DNA of 64,000 nt from Hormiphora californensis (GCA_020137815.1 CM035351.1:4340001-4404000); one strand, 5' to 3'; numbered from the stretch's first letter, positions 12,225-39,830 are shown. Notes: a model not told the origin generated them from the sequence alone. Numbers and translations: made by a program.

Positions 12225-13867
12225 TCAGGTGGGTCAAAGTGGGAAAGTTTCTTAGAGATAAGGTGAGTCAAAGTCTGAAAGTTTCTTAGAGATCAGGTGG
12301 GTCAAAGTGGGAAAGTTTCTTAGAGATAAGGTGAGTCAAAGTCTGAAAGTTTCTTAGAGATTAGGGGGGTTAAAATGGCAAAGTTTCTTAAAGATAAGGT
12401 GGTCAAAGTGGGAAATTTCTTAGAGATCAGGTGGGTCAAAGTGAGACAGTTTCTTAGAGATAAGGTGAGTCAAAGTCTGAAAGTTTCTTAGAGATCAGGT
12501 GGGTCAAAGTGGGAAAGTTTCTTAGAGATAAGGTGAGTCAAAGTCTGAAAGTTTCTTAGAGATCAGGTGGGTCAAAGTGGGAAAGTTTCTTAGAGATAAG
12601 GTGAGTCAAAGTCTGAAAGTTTCTTAAGAGACTTCAGTGGGTCAAAGGGGAAAGTTCTTAGAGGATAAGGTGAGTCAAGTCTGAAAGTTTCTTAGAGATC
12701 AGGGGGTCAAAGTGGGCCAGTTTCTTAGAGATTAGGGGGTCCAAGTGGAAAGTTTCTTAGAGATCAGGTGGGTCAAAGTGAGGGACAGTTTTTAGAGATA
12801 AGGGGAGTCAAAGTCTGAAAGTTTCTTAGAGATCAGGTGGGTTGCAAAGTGGGAACAGTTTCTTCGAGATAAGTGGGTGATTCAAAGTCTGCAAGTTTCT
12901 GAGAGATCAGGTGGTTCAACGTGGGAAAGTTTCTAGCGATACGGTGGGGTCAAAGTGTGAAAGTTTCTTAGAGATTAGGTTGGGGTTAAAAATGGCAAAG
13001 TTTTTTAGAGATTAGGTGGGTCAAGTGGGGAAAGTTTTTAGAGATCAGGTGGGTCAAAGGGGTAGTGTCCTCGAGATAAGGTGTGAGTCAAAGTCTGAAA
13101 GTTTCTTAGACTCAGGGGGTCAAGTTGGGATAGTTTCTAGAGAAGGTGAGTCAAAAGGTCTGAAAAGTTCTTAGCGACCGGTGGGGTCAAAGTGGGAACG
13201 TTTCTAGAGCTAAGGTGAGTCAAAGTTGAAAGCTTCTTAGAAATGAAAGTGGTGGGTCAAAGTGGGAAAGTTCTTAGAGATTAGTGGGTCAAAGTGGAAA
13301 GTTCTTAGAGATCAGGTGGGTCAAAGTGGGAAAGTTTCTTAGAGATAAGGTGAGTCTAAGTCTGAAAGTTCTGGATCAGGTGGTCAAAGTGGGAAGTTTC
13401 TTAGAGATAAGGTGAGTCTAAGTCTGAAAGTTTCTTATGATTAGGCGGTTAAATCCAAAGTTCTTGAGATTAGGAGTTAAAGTGGGGAAGTTTTTAAGAT
13501 TAGGAGTTAAAGTGGACAGAATTCTTAGAGATTAGGTGGGTCAAAGTGCGAGCAGTTTGGGTATGAAGTTTATTCAGGTGGGTCAAAGTAGAGAAACAGT
13601 TTCTTAGAGATATAGGTGGGTCAAAGTGAGGATTTTTTGAGAGTTAGGTGGTCAAAGTGGAAAGTTTCTTAGAGATTAGGTGGTCAAGTCTGAAAGTTTC
13701 TTAGAGATCAGGTGGGTCAAAGTGGGAAAGTTTCTTAGAGATTAGGTGGTCAAAGTGGGAAAGTTTCTTTAGAGATCAGGTGGGTCAAAGTGAGAAGTTT
13801 CTTGAGATAAGGTGAGTCAAGTCTGAAAGTTTCTTAGAGATAGAGGTGGGTCAAAGTGGGAAGTTTC
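12225..13867 (+). repeat. 34-bp tandem satellite (AGGTGGGTCAAAGTGGGAAAGTTTCTTAGAGATC and variant AGGTGAGTCAAAGTCTGAAAGTTTCTTAGAGATA), block 1
   Basis: Dozens of consecutive units, two variants often alternating; indel-rich in the middle of the block. Confidence 0.95.
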
Positions 13868-14049
13868 ATTAGTATTCTGCATGCTCTATAGCCATACAAA
13901 AACACTGTTTTAGTAGCGGCTAGTGATGTAGGAAAAGAGAGTTTAGATCTTTTGTATAGAACTTTCCACATTTGATCCGCTATCCTGATCATGTGCTACA
14001 GAAAGTTTCAGAATTTAGTACTGCCACGCTGATCGTCTGAATGTAGGAA

Positions 14050-14712
14050 AAAACTTTCCCACTTTGACCCACCTGAATCTCTAAGAAACTTTCGACTTTG
14101 GACTGCCCCTATCTCTAGGAAACTTCGCACTTGACCCACCTTGATCTCTAGAGAAATCTTTCTGTACTTGACCAACCTAATTGCTTAAGAGACTTTGCCG
14201 CTACTTTGAGCGTTCACTCAATCGGCCCCTTGAAAAAATGCTCCATTAGAAAAAAATACTGCTGCCACTTTTGACGCGGCGACCTTTAGTCTTCTGAGAA
14301 ACTTCCCTTCTTTTGTATCCTGGAATTTACGGCACGCTAATCTCTTAGGACTGAAAGACTTGTCGGGCCCCTTTGACGGTCCACCTAGAATCTCTATGCT
14401 AGATAATTTGTCCACTATAACTCCTTAATTCTTTAAGATAACTTCCACTTTAATCCTTCCTATTATCTCTAAGAGAAACTTTGCATTTGTAACCGCGCCT
14501 AATCTATAAGAAACTTTAGACTTAGACTCACCTTATCTCTAGAGAACTTTCCCACTTTGACCCACCTGATCTCTAAGAACTTTCAGACTTAGACTCACCT
14601 TATCTCTAAGAAACTTCTCACTTTGACCCCTGCATAGCCTAATCTTAAGAAACTTTCCACTTTGACCCACCTAATCTCTAAGAAACTTTCCCACTTTGAC
14701 CCACCACTTTCA
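14050..14712 (-). repeat. Same 34-bp satellite in reverse orientation, block 2
   Basis: AAACTTTCCCACTTTGACCCACCTGATCTCTAAG units, degenerate on the left and cleaner on the right. Confidence 0.9.
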
Positions 14713-14957
14713 TTTCGTTGTTACCAGAAAAGTTCAGAAAGATAAACTCGTGATTCGCCCCGTGTCCCAGTCAGCTGCGAGCTGAGTTGGAGGGCGCGAT
14801 ACAAATATTTCAGAGAGAGGCGCGCGCGTCGAGAAGGTATCCATGGAGATGAGCTGTGTTGATCAGTTCTCTCCTTGCTACCTTGCGATTCGTTGCTTCT
14901 GTCTTTTTGCTCCCTGCTAACATTTTCCTTTCTCGTAGCCTGTTCTAGCATGGAGTG

Positions 14958-17854
14958 ATGAACAGCGCTCAGATGAACAAACAGAGGGGCTTCTACTCGG
15001 ACATCCTGTCCTATGAAGGAGCTCCCAGCCACGATGTAAGTTCCTTGAACTTCATTTTCATTGGTTCATTCGGTCTACCCCGCGGTTTCCGTTTCCAACT
15101 CTCCTAACATTTCCATTGTATTTAGAGTGTCAACGAAGGACCCGAAGTGATTCATAGTACGCTATGGAATGTCACAAAAGAAAAACACCGACCCAAAGCA
15201 TCATCTTTCATCATTCCTGATGATTTTGATGCCCAGCTTCAAAACCAGGTCTACGGACCAAGCACCAAAATAGAGCCCAATACGGTATGTGAATCTCTAC
15301 TTCTTACCATATACCAGATCTCCCATAAATAACTGTCCAACTAGTTGCAACTTCACGTTTATCTCTCTCACAGGACTATCCCATGTCATCTTGGGAGCCT
15401 AAGGTCCAGATGCCCTACTACACGCCCCCAGGGAACACACCCAGGAAAGTTGCAATTGAGCGGCTGAGGAGAAAGTTTGAGAGTCTCAACATTGAGAGTT
15501 TGTTGTTGGATGCAGGCGTGGAGACAGATCAGCTGATGCCAAAGGATGAGTTGTCTGTAAAGATAAACCTTCCTCGGCCAGTTAATATCCCCGCCAGGTA
15601 GGTCAATCGGTTGCTAGGGATTGTAATCTTTCATAATTCTACCTTCACACCTTACACCTCCACAACACAAACCTCATTCACATTCACACACATCATAGAT
15701 CAAGATCAGACGCCACCTTGAAGGATGTTCTGTCTGATATGCAAGTTTCACTGAGCCAGAAACTTTCTGAAAATATCGAAACGGAAAGTACATACACTCT
15801 CTTCCCCTATGATACATATTATGATCATGCTTTTTCCGAGAATATAGAATTTGTGCCTAACATTTCTATTTTCCAATCTATCAGTGGAAGAGTCGGCCGG
15901 ATCTCGAGCATCCTCAGCAACCTCTATCAAGGACTCCGGCATAAAGGTTGTGTGCCCTAACGGACAGAGGAAGAACAAGGGACTGTTTGATGGGAATTTC
16001 TGTTGACAAACCGGAAAACAGCGCCTGTTAACCAAGTACCAACAAACGCTGGACCTCTCCATACGTTCTTCCCAATCTATCTTCCCTTAGAGGTAGGAAC
16101 TGTCACTCTGTTTAGTCCAGGAAGATTCTATCAATTCTCACCAGAACACAATTCCAACCGTAACTGTCCATCCAAACTAGGACCCTCCCTCCACCACCAC
16201 CACCCCCTAACACACCTTCCCAGATTTCGATAATGAGGAATATGATTGCCACACTCCCAACGAGTGGGTCAGTCGAATGTTTGAAGAGAGATGGGACTGA
16301 ACGGCGGTCCCTGGAAGGCCCTCCCTTAAGACTCTAGTCACCAGAGAGACTCAGAGTCAGATGAGCAACATACAACTGACAAGACACCTCACTGTCTGTC
16401 CAGCCTGCCTACCAGTGGGTCGATGTAAGTAATACTGCACAAGTCTTACCACTACCCACTACATGATTCAGTTCTGATCTGTCTTCAAATCAAGTTCTAC
16501 ATTTGGCATAAATTTGGCATGTTTGACACTTTTCACTCCAGGTGGGTGTATTGGCCTACTCGACAAGACCAAGAGGTACCTGGTACAGAGGCTAATATGG
16601 GTCTCGCTCCTGGAGACACCCTACTCCTGGACCCCAGGCCCCTGGATGATGCCATGGCTGGACTCCACCCAACTCGGGCGACTGCAGAGATGGAAATGAG
16701 GGTAAGGACCATGTAATGTTAGTTTTCTTTTGCTGTGTTAGCTGTTTTAGTTTTGAAAATAAACAGATTTTAACACCAAGTTAATGGGCTCCTAATTACC
16801 AATTCAAGCCGTAACACCCCCCCCCCCCCTTTGACAGTACTGGGTACCCCGTGTCCGACTTCTATTTGCTGCTGAAAACCCCTACCGTTTCACAAAGAGG
16901 TTGTTGATGCTCACAAACACGGGTGGACTCCGAATCTGTTATCAGGTAATTATCAGTGACGTTTTTTTATCAATTTCCGTTAGGTGATCTTTAATCTCCT
17001 TTCTAAAGCTGTAAAACAACCTTTCGAAAGCTTTCTCGCTCCAACTCTCTCTCACCGAACCCCTTTCTCAGGTATCACATGTATGTGGACTGTATGCATA
17101 CGGAGTCAGTTCTGACATTGAAAACAGATGTTATGAGAATATCACCAACTACGCTCTGGTTCCTGTGGGCTGGAGAGTAACAACACTGGGGTGGCTGGTT
17201 CAGCGACTCCAGAAACAGATCTCTTTGGACTACCAAAGGGCCATAACAGGTTCGTGTTCGATAGGGTGGCTCATACCCCTCCTGGGTCGTTCAGCTATGT
17301 GAATATCCCTGAGGTGCCAGCCATCTGCAAAAGTGCAGGTACGTTGTATATTACACATGTGTCCATACAATTTAAAATATTATCATTAATATTGTGAAAC
17401 CTCCATATCTCGTTCAAACCACTAAACATACTTCCTCATAGCCCGTATTGAGTAGTCCGAGGTACCCTTCCCAAGCAGTTTGACAGCTTCATCTTCAATT
17501 CTTTCCTAACGCGACCTGAGGCCATCGTTGCGCTTGTGTGCGGTGAGGACTGAGTGTAACAAGGTGTCCAGTAAGATTTGTTCCAGACGAATATTACTAA
17601 ATGGATGAGGTTGGAGGAGTTCGAACAGACCCAGAACCAGAGTTGTATGCAAGTGCAGTCTTATCTCAAGGTATGGTATGGTGCGATACGTATAGTTGAG
17701 TTGATGTATTAGTTATTTTAGTAGATGGTTTTAGCCAGCTTCAGATAATGATATGTTCCACAGTCTAAAGTAATAACTCTAATACTACCTCTCCCTCCTT
17801 CTCCTCTTTACAGGATACGTGGCTGACCACACAGTGTACTCGAGTTACCAGCGC
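14958..17854 (+). pseudogene. DNAH1: Inverted partial copy of the DNAH1 5' end. Exons 14958-15035, 15126-15284 and 15374-~15597 are intact; later exons carry many indels; truncated at about 17854. Real duplication or assembly artefact.
   Basis: 15250-17854 is the reverse complement of 7889-10611 including introns. Spliced start reads MNSAQMNKQRGFYSDILSYEGAPSHD/SVNEGPEVIHSTLWNV.../DYPMSSWEPKVQMPYYTPPGNTPRKVAIERLRRKF. Confidence 0.85.
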
Positions 17855-17877
17855 GGGCAGTGCCTTGCCTCGGAGTT

Positions 17878-18470
17878 TTAAAAGATTAGGTGGGTTAAAT
17901 GGCAAAGTTTCTTAGAGATTAGGTGGGTCAAAGTGGGAAAGTTTCTTAGAGATCAGGTGGGTCAAAGTGGGAAAGTTTCTTAGAGATAAGGTGAGTCAAA
18001 GTCTGAAAGTTTCTTAGAGATCAGGTGGGTCAAAGTGGGACAGTTTCTTAGAGATTAGGTGGGTCAAAGTGGGAAAGTTTCTTAGAGATCAGGTGGGTCA
18101 AAGTGAGACAGTTTCTTAGAGATAAGGTGAGTCAAAGTCTGAAAGTTTCTTAGAGATTAGGTGGGTTAAAATGGCAAAGTTTTTTAGAGATTAGGTGGGT
18201 CAAAGTGGGAAAGTTTCTTAGAGATCAGGTGGGTCAAAGTGGGATAGTTTCCTAGAGATAAGGTGAGTCAAAGTCTGAAAGTTTCTTAGAGATAAGGTGG
18301 GTCAAAGTGGGAAAGTTTCTTAGAGATCAGGTGGGTCAAAGTGGGAAAGTTTCTTAGAGATCAGGTGGGTCAAAGTGGGATAGTTTCCTAGAGATAAGGT
18401 GAGTCAAAGTCTGAAAGTTTCTTAGAGATCAGGTGGGTCAAAGTGGGAAAGTGTCCTAGAGATAAGGTGT
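17878..18470 (+). repeat. 34-bp satellite, block 3 (cleanest units)
   Basis: Period of 34 bp measured between successive GTTTCTTAGAGAT motifs (17941 and 17975). Confidence 0.95.
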
Positions 18471-19571
18471 CAAGGTCAAAGGACCAGAAGCCGCAAGCAG
18501 GGACGTCGCGGCCCGCAAGGTGAGACACAGAGGCCAGAGCCAAGAAGTTTTTTGAAAAAGTTTGGAAACAACATTTTATTTTTATTTGCATGTTTTTCAG
18601 TCCGAAAATTAAATGCGGCGTTCTGAAAACAAATTGGCGCGTTACTGAATTGGGACACGCGCGCGGACTGAGCTGAATCGGAAAATTTTTCACAAACTAA
18701 ACCGGGAAATCTAAAATCTCCAAAATTGGAATTTTTGAAAATTCACTAACTTGGAATGCGCTGCAGCCCCCTCATGCGCGCACCCCCGCAACGAGGGGAC
18801 TGGAGGGAATGCCGCGCGCGCGTTTGGCCAGATCTGGCCAGAGTCGAAAATAACTTTGCGAGCGAAAAAACGGCGGTGCTTATAACTTTGGCCCCTGAAG
18901 TCCGTTTGACTTGATTCTTTCACCAGTTGTTAGATCTGACAATTATCTACCTTGCTGTTTTTGAGAGAAGTTAATTGGACTTGAGGAGGCTGAGCAATAG
19001 CCGTTCAAAGATTGGTTGTTTTCAAAAAGTGACGTCACAGATCCCTGCAGGGGCACTTTTGTTTCAAATTTGAATTAAAATCTCGAATTTTTTATTTTAC
19101 CGCACTCGATTTTGCGGAGTTTGGTTCATATCTCCTGTTCCTGATAAGATAGAGACCTGAAACCGGTTGCATTTGAAAGCTGTTATCTTCCTCTTTCCAA
19201 CGCTACCAAAACGATTTCTGTACCTTATCTGGAACCGGAGATATGATTGATTATGTATTCCCCCCCAGCGCGGTATTCCCTCCAGGCCCCTTATATTATA
19301 TTATAAGGGGCCTGCAACGTATGCCAATTCACTAACCCCAACACCGATTGGCATCACTTTCCAACAGCCGAAGAGAAGCTGCCGAAGAGAGAAAGGGGGT
19401 AACCGTATGAAGAGTTAATCGCGATGAGTCTCATTCACATTGGGTTCGATCATTTGCCCCCGGTGTTGGGGTTAGTAAGTTTCAAACTTTCATCAACTAC
19501 AACGTAAAACTATTTATTGAGCAGGAAGATGAATCCGATGTAACAGCCCCGAAGGGCAGAAAAACGAAACG

Positions 19572-20655
19572 TTGATAATGTCGGAAGCGAAGTACGAGGG
19601 CGATAACCCTATGATAAAACGATTAGAAGAGACGGTGGATGACTTTGTTTCTGAAGTTTACCTGTTGAATTCGGACAACACGGCGAGCATCACACCAGAT
19701 GAGTTTACTCAATGTTATAGATCGATTCAAGCTGCACCCGATTCAATGTTAACCAACGACAGCTTAGCTTCGCCTAGCAAGCACTGGGGTTCGTACTTTA
19801 GACATTGTCTCGAACTACGAGTGAAATAATCGAGGCTACTTCACGTATTTTTCTCTCCAGTATGAAACTTGCCCGAGCAACAATGAACAATTTTGAAACG
19901 GTTATCAGTGTGGAAAACCTCGAGAAACAGCTGCGTGAATGTAAAGAAGAACTTGACCGCCATCGGGTTAACGTAATCGAGCTTCAGCAAACGGTTATCA
20001 ACCACCAGAAGCAACAACTCAGTACAGTGACAGCATCGGTGCAGAAGGTGAAAGCCTACTCTACTGTGCTAGCACAGAATTGTGCTGCAACCTCCCCCAA
20101 AGTGGGAAAACCACTACCAGTGAATCATCCTACTCCCGTCCAACAGCCCGGAAGAGAGAAGAACATGGTTGTGTTTGGTCTCCCAGAAACAACCGATAGA
20201 GTAGCTAAAACTACTTTAGACGAACTTTTTGAGGAATTAAATGAGAAACCGAAAGTGACTACGATGAAACGCATCGGCGAAAGAAATGAGAAGCGCCCTA
20301 GACCGCTCTTAGTATCCCTGGAGAAGAGAGCGACTCTCCTCGCACTCCTCAGAAAGGCACGAAACCTCAAAGACTCCAAACAGTTTTCGGTTGTTTATCT
20401 CTCTCCGGATCTTACGCCCTCTGAACTGAAAGAGCAAAAAGCTCTAAGGTCCACTTTGAAGCGGATACGATCAGAAGATCCTGGCGGCTGCTACTTCATC
20501 CGTAATAATCTTATCCAAGTGGGATAGTTCCCCACTAACTCACCGTTATCAGAGAACCGTGCTAGGAGCAGGCAGTCTACTGCAGTCCCTTTCAAATTAA
20601 GGAAAACGAGTTGTCTGTATACAAACTGTGTCAGTGCGGGATATAAACTGTCATT
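19572..20655 (+). mobile_element. 5' fragment of a non-LTR retrotransposon (CR1/L2-like): ORF1 (coiled coil plus RRM-like domain) and the first codons of ORF2
   Basis: ORF 19805-20527 has a coiled-coil stretch followed by REKNMVVFGLPE..RIGERNEKRPRPLLVSL..VYLSPDLT, typical of LINE ORF1. It is followed by SCLYTNCVSAGYKL, resembling the start of an APE endonuclease, which then breaks into AT-rich sequence. Confidence 0.75.
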
Positions 20656-21409
20656 TTTATTATTATTTATTATAAATAAATCTTAAAATCACTCACTCAA
20701 ATAAACAATAAATATTATAAATAAAAAGTCAGTCAGTAAAATCACACATTGCAATGGGTGGTGGAGTCGTGAACTTTTTCCTCGTGCCCCTGAGTGAGAC
20801 CAGAGTACTTCTGAGGAGACAGAATCGTATCCGCGTTCTCAGGAAATTAATCACTTCATCAATCAAAATTGGAATTGAAAAGCGCTGCCTTATCCCGCGC
20901 GGGGGCCAGCAACGTTTGCCAAAAATTGGAAAGACACTTCTTCGTCTTCCCGGAACTCTTTCCAATCCCGTTGTTTGAGCATTTGGTACCTGTTATAAAG
21001 CGAAGTTTGGATGCAAATCAACGTTTTTCCCGTTTAAATGCTCTTAAGGGGGTTTTAAGTGTCCGAAAATCGAATAAATTAACAGTGCTGGAACGGGCAG
21101 CCGGTTGCAGTCACTCCTGTGTCATTGCAGGCGACATATAAGCTTGTAATTTGTATCATGATTTTTATTAATGATCTCTATTATAATTTGGAGATGAACG
21201 TCGAAGCCGTTCGTTCAGTGCGTTTCTACGCGACAGTGCTCCTTCATAAAACACTTCATATGACCAAAGCTGTATAAGCTGTCATTCACACTTTGGAACT
21301 TCCAGTGGAAGTTTGTTAATATTTTCGAATGACTTTTAACATGTCAGTCCCCATAGTTACCAATTCAGTTGCCATTGCAACCGTTTTATAGACGTTGAAA
21401 GGGGCAAAA

Positions 21410-21481
21410 AGAACCACCCGGCGAAGCCGGGTGGGTTATCGAAAAGCCCTTACTTGAGGCGCACCCAATGGGTGCGCTAGT
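21410..21481 (+). mobile_element. Helitron-like 3' terminus (hairpins followed by CTAG)
   Basis: CACCCGGCGAAGCCGGGTG hairpin, then GCGCACCCAATGGGTGCGC hairpin ending in CTAG followed by T; 5' end not resolved. Confidence 0.55.
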
Positions 21482-21834
21482 TAGATAAATGATGGAGATC
21501 ACTTGGCCCTCTTTTAGACGTCTTCACTCAACTCTTCACAAACCTTCTGATGTCTTCAAATTTGTATTTCGTCTTTTACACGGTGGATGATTATATTATG
21601 CCTTGATATATGCAAATTACTGGTGATTACTGGTTATTCCCTTAGGCATAAAACAAGCTGATATTTAATAAAGTTTGACGATCATTTTTATTGCTTTTTT
21701 GGCTATTATCTCCCTCCCTGTGGTAGATTTGTCGAGTTCATTTACCCACTCCTTGTTTCGTGTATTAGGGGACAAGTATAATAACCTCATCCCAAGTTGT
21801 GTAGAAGTTTTGGACCGGCTATTTCCGCCTACAC

Positions 21835-36793
<14,959 letters not shown>

Positions 36794-37125
36794 TGGTCCT
36801 CACAGTAGCTTACCGCGGATAATTGGATTGGTTTTCTTCCTCTCATTATTCGGACAATTTCTATACCATTGGACAATATATTATTCTTCGAACTCTTATA
36901 CATTTCTATCGGAATTCGGAGCACGGACACTGTGTCACGCGACGTAGTCGACGAAAGACTGTCAGTGTCTCATAGCGCTGACAGTGACAGGAGCCAAGAG
37001 AGAGTGAGAGATTAGATGTTTTGTACATATTATATACTTGACGTTTCGATTAGATGTCTCGAACTTTGAATTACGCGATCATGATTAGGTTATGGTAATA
37101 GAACATACCACTATACTTATAGTAG

Positions 37126-37296
37126 TAGACAGTATTTTATTCGTAGCGCGTGAACTACTCAAAAATTCTATGGTAGAAAACGTTTTGCTTGTCCAATATA
37201 ATATGTACTGTTACATAGTACATATATTGGAGAAGCAAAAAGTTTTCTACCATAGAATTTTTGAGTAGTTCATGCGCTACGAATAAAATACTGTCT
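37126..37296. repeat. Near-perfect palindrome of about 170 bp
   Basis: AGACAGTATTTTATTCGTAGCGC...GCGCTACGAATAAAATACTGTCT. Confidence 0.85.
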
Positions 37297-37739
37297 GATA
37301 GAACTCAAACTGTGGTACTATCCCAACTATATCCATGACATGTACTGCAGATTGTTGTTGAGTAAGCCTGTAAATTACAGGACCCCTTGGCCCTTACTCA
37401 ACAATCAGAGGGATAGAGCGCGATAAGGTGGGGGGGGATAAGGTACACTATTTGAGACTTGAGTATGTATTATAATTTTGTCTTCTCTTTTCGGTAAAAA
37501 GTTTCGATACAGTGCTGCTCCGTCATATTGGCCGGCTGCATAGACGTGTAGTATACGGCGTAACATTGATTGTTTTATACGCGGAGAGCAACTATACTTT
37601 ACACATCAATGTTAGCGATCTAAGCCGCAGACCACGTAGTAGAGAACGCTTGTTATTAGCTATACAGCCGGTCAATATAATGGAGCAACACTGTACTGAT
37701 GTCTGATATAGTTATTTACTGCAGAGTCGGGAGGGTCTG

Positions 37740-37769
37740 TAAGAGAGATAGAGAGAAAAGAGAGAGAGA

Positions 37770-37845
<76 letters not shown>

Positions 37846-37890
37846 CGAGAGAAAAGAGAGAGAGAGATAGCGAGAGAAAAGAGAGATATA
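37740..37890. repeat. (AG)n microsatellite
   Basis: Seen directly. Confidence 0.9.
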
Positions 37891-38502
37891 TAGATCTAGG
37901 GGAGAGAGAAGTTAAGAACAACTCACGCGTTATCAACAGATGAGTGGATGTTGACGGACCCAAATGTGATTGCAGTTATAATGGTTCTGTTTCGCATAAC
38001 TCATTGCAGATCTCGGCTTGATTGTCACAATGGTCACAATGGCACCTGAGTGAGATCGACGTCGCGAGAATAGGTTGCAATGGACCCAAATTGTCACTAT
38101 ACTTTATATTGGATCTTTTTAGGCCGAAAATATTCGTCATTTTTTGTTGTTTAAAAGTGTGGGTTATCATTATCATATCCTTTTAATGCATGTAACAGTA
38201 TTCGAGTTGTTTATTAAATTCATCAATTTAGTGGTTGAAAAAAAAGAGGATTAGCAATTATTTTGTTACTCATGCACCTTTTTGATTTAACAATATATTA
38301 ATATATGCAACGATACTCGCTTTATTTTGTGATCGAAATTGCATTCAAAACCTTTTAAAATGCTAGTTTTATATGCGTTAATAACTGAGTGGGGGCGGCG
38401 TGGGACAACGATCTTTTATCAAACTCCATACCCCATTTGATTCTCGGGAGTGCGCTCAGATGGGTCGCGGCGCCAGACAGTAGACAGAGAGATATAAAAA
38501 GG

Positions 38503-39830
38503 CTGTCTGGCGCCGCGACCCATCTGAGAATCAAATTGGGGTCTGGCGCCGCCAGACAGTAAAAAGGGAGAGATAAAATGTAAGAAAGGGGGACAGAGTT
38601 TTTTTGGATCATCCCCGTGCTAACATTTGTCACTCCCTGTTACACACCATGTATCCTGGCCATGTATATTGTATGTGCCACGGCTTGACAGATATTATTT
38701 TCACAGCCACCTGTTTGACCCCCGTAGTAAGGGCCGGAATACTGCCTTTGAGTACCCAATCACTGGTACTCTACCTTATCATGCTGGCAGTTACCTGTCT
38801 GGCGGTGCCGATCCGCTTTGAGTGTATCAAAACGGGGCCTGGTGCCGCCCTACAGGTAGTTACAGTATAAAATCAACCAGGCTTGTGGGCAAGGACAATG
38901 TTCGTGATGCTGCGTTATCGGTCATGAGTGTCAAGGAGTGAGCGCCGTGTGCTGTTCATGATTATATTTTGTGTTCATGCATCGTGGTATTAGGCTCAGG
39001 GGATAGAGAAAGAAAAACACAGAGAAAGAGAGAGAGGGGGACAGAGTTGTCAGGCGCAGGCTCTGACAGGGACAGAGAGGAAGAGCTGATTAGTAATTAG
39101 AGAGGGATTAGAGACTCTCTTCCTGAAGATTGAATAGGGAGACAAGCTGACATTATCAATGATACGTAATTTATATCATAATTACCCTCTCGAACCTTTT
39201 CGATTCGTGGCCACAATATCGCTGTCAGGCCAATCCTCTGTCATTTTGGGGTCACTTTGGGAAGATCAGGATACTCATACACAGTTCAAGTGTTGAGAAT
39301 GAGATCTCAACTTCCCGACAACACACAATGAAGTTCGAAGTTTCGCAGAAATTTGGAACCAACCATCTTTGAATGAGAATCATTTGCAAATTGCAAGTGG
39401 CTAATTTCTTCACTGGTACATCTCGAGGTGTTCTTGGTGACATGGACACCTGGCGCGGGGGGGGGGGGGGGGGGTCGCGCCAAGAGGTGTTCGTTATCCA
39501 TAATGAGTCAATTTCACCGTTTTTGGCCTTTTTGGTGAACTGGGAAAAATACCCCAAGAACGGGGTGGGCCAATGTCTGGCCAGACTCTGGCCCCACAAG
39601 CTTTTGATCAGTTCATCGAGCCCGATCGAATGCGACCAACCACGACTTCCTACGACGACCTAAACCCGTAATCCCACGTGGTGCCAGCCAACCGGGAAAA
39701 CGGTTATAACTCCTCAATCTGAAATTTTTTATGACCACTAATCTAGTGATTCTCCATAATCTGGCTGTCTGGCGGCGCCAGACCCCAATTTGATTCTCAG
39801 TGCGCTCAGATGGGTCGCGGCGCCAGACAG
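38503..39830. mobile_element. Candidate non-autonomous TIR element with CTGTCTGGCGCCGCGACCCATCTGAG arms
   Basis: 38503-38559 is inverted at 39764-39830; a further arm copy lies at 38430-38480. Confidence 0.55.

Noticed and set aside
13925-13945. GGAAAAGAGAG resembling the end of a SMRTbell adapter at the satellite inversion point
   Set aside because: Only about 11 low-complexity bases match; too weak to call, although the position fits a chimeric read
14714-14732. Possible RFX X-box upstream of the DNAH1 start (GTTGTTACCAG)
   Set aside because: Only one half-site matches, and the same word occurs inside a dynein intron near 5058
12225-18470. CRISPR-like array of repeats of about 34 bp
   Set aside because: Units are head-to-tail with no unique spacers, there are no cas genes, and the context is eukaryotic; it is a satellite
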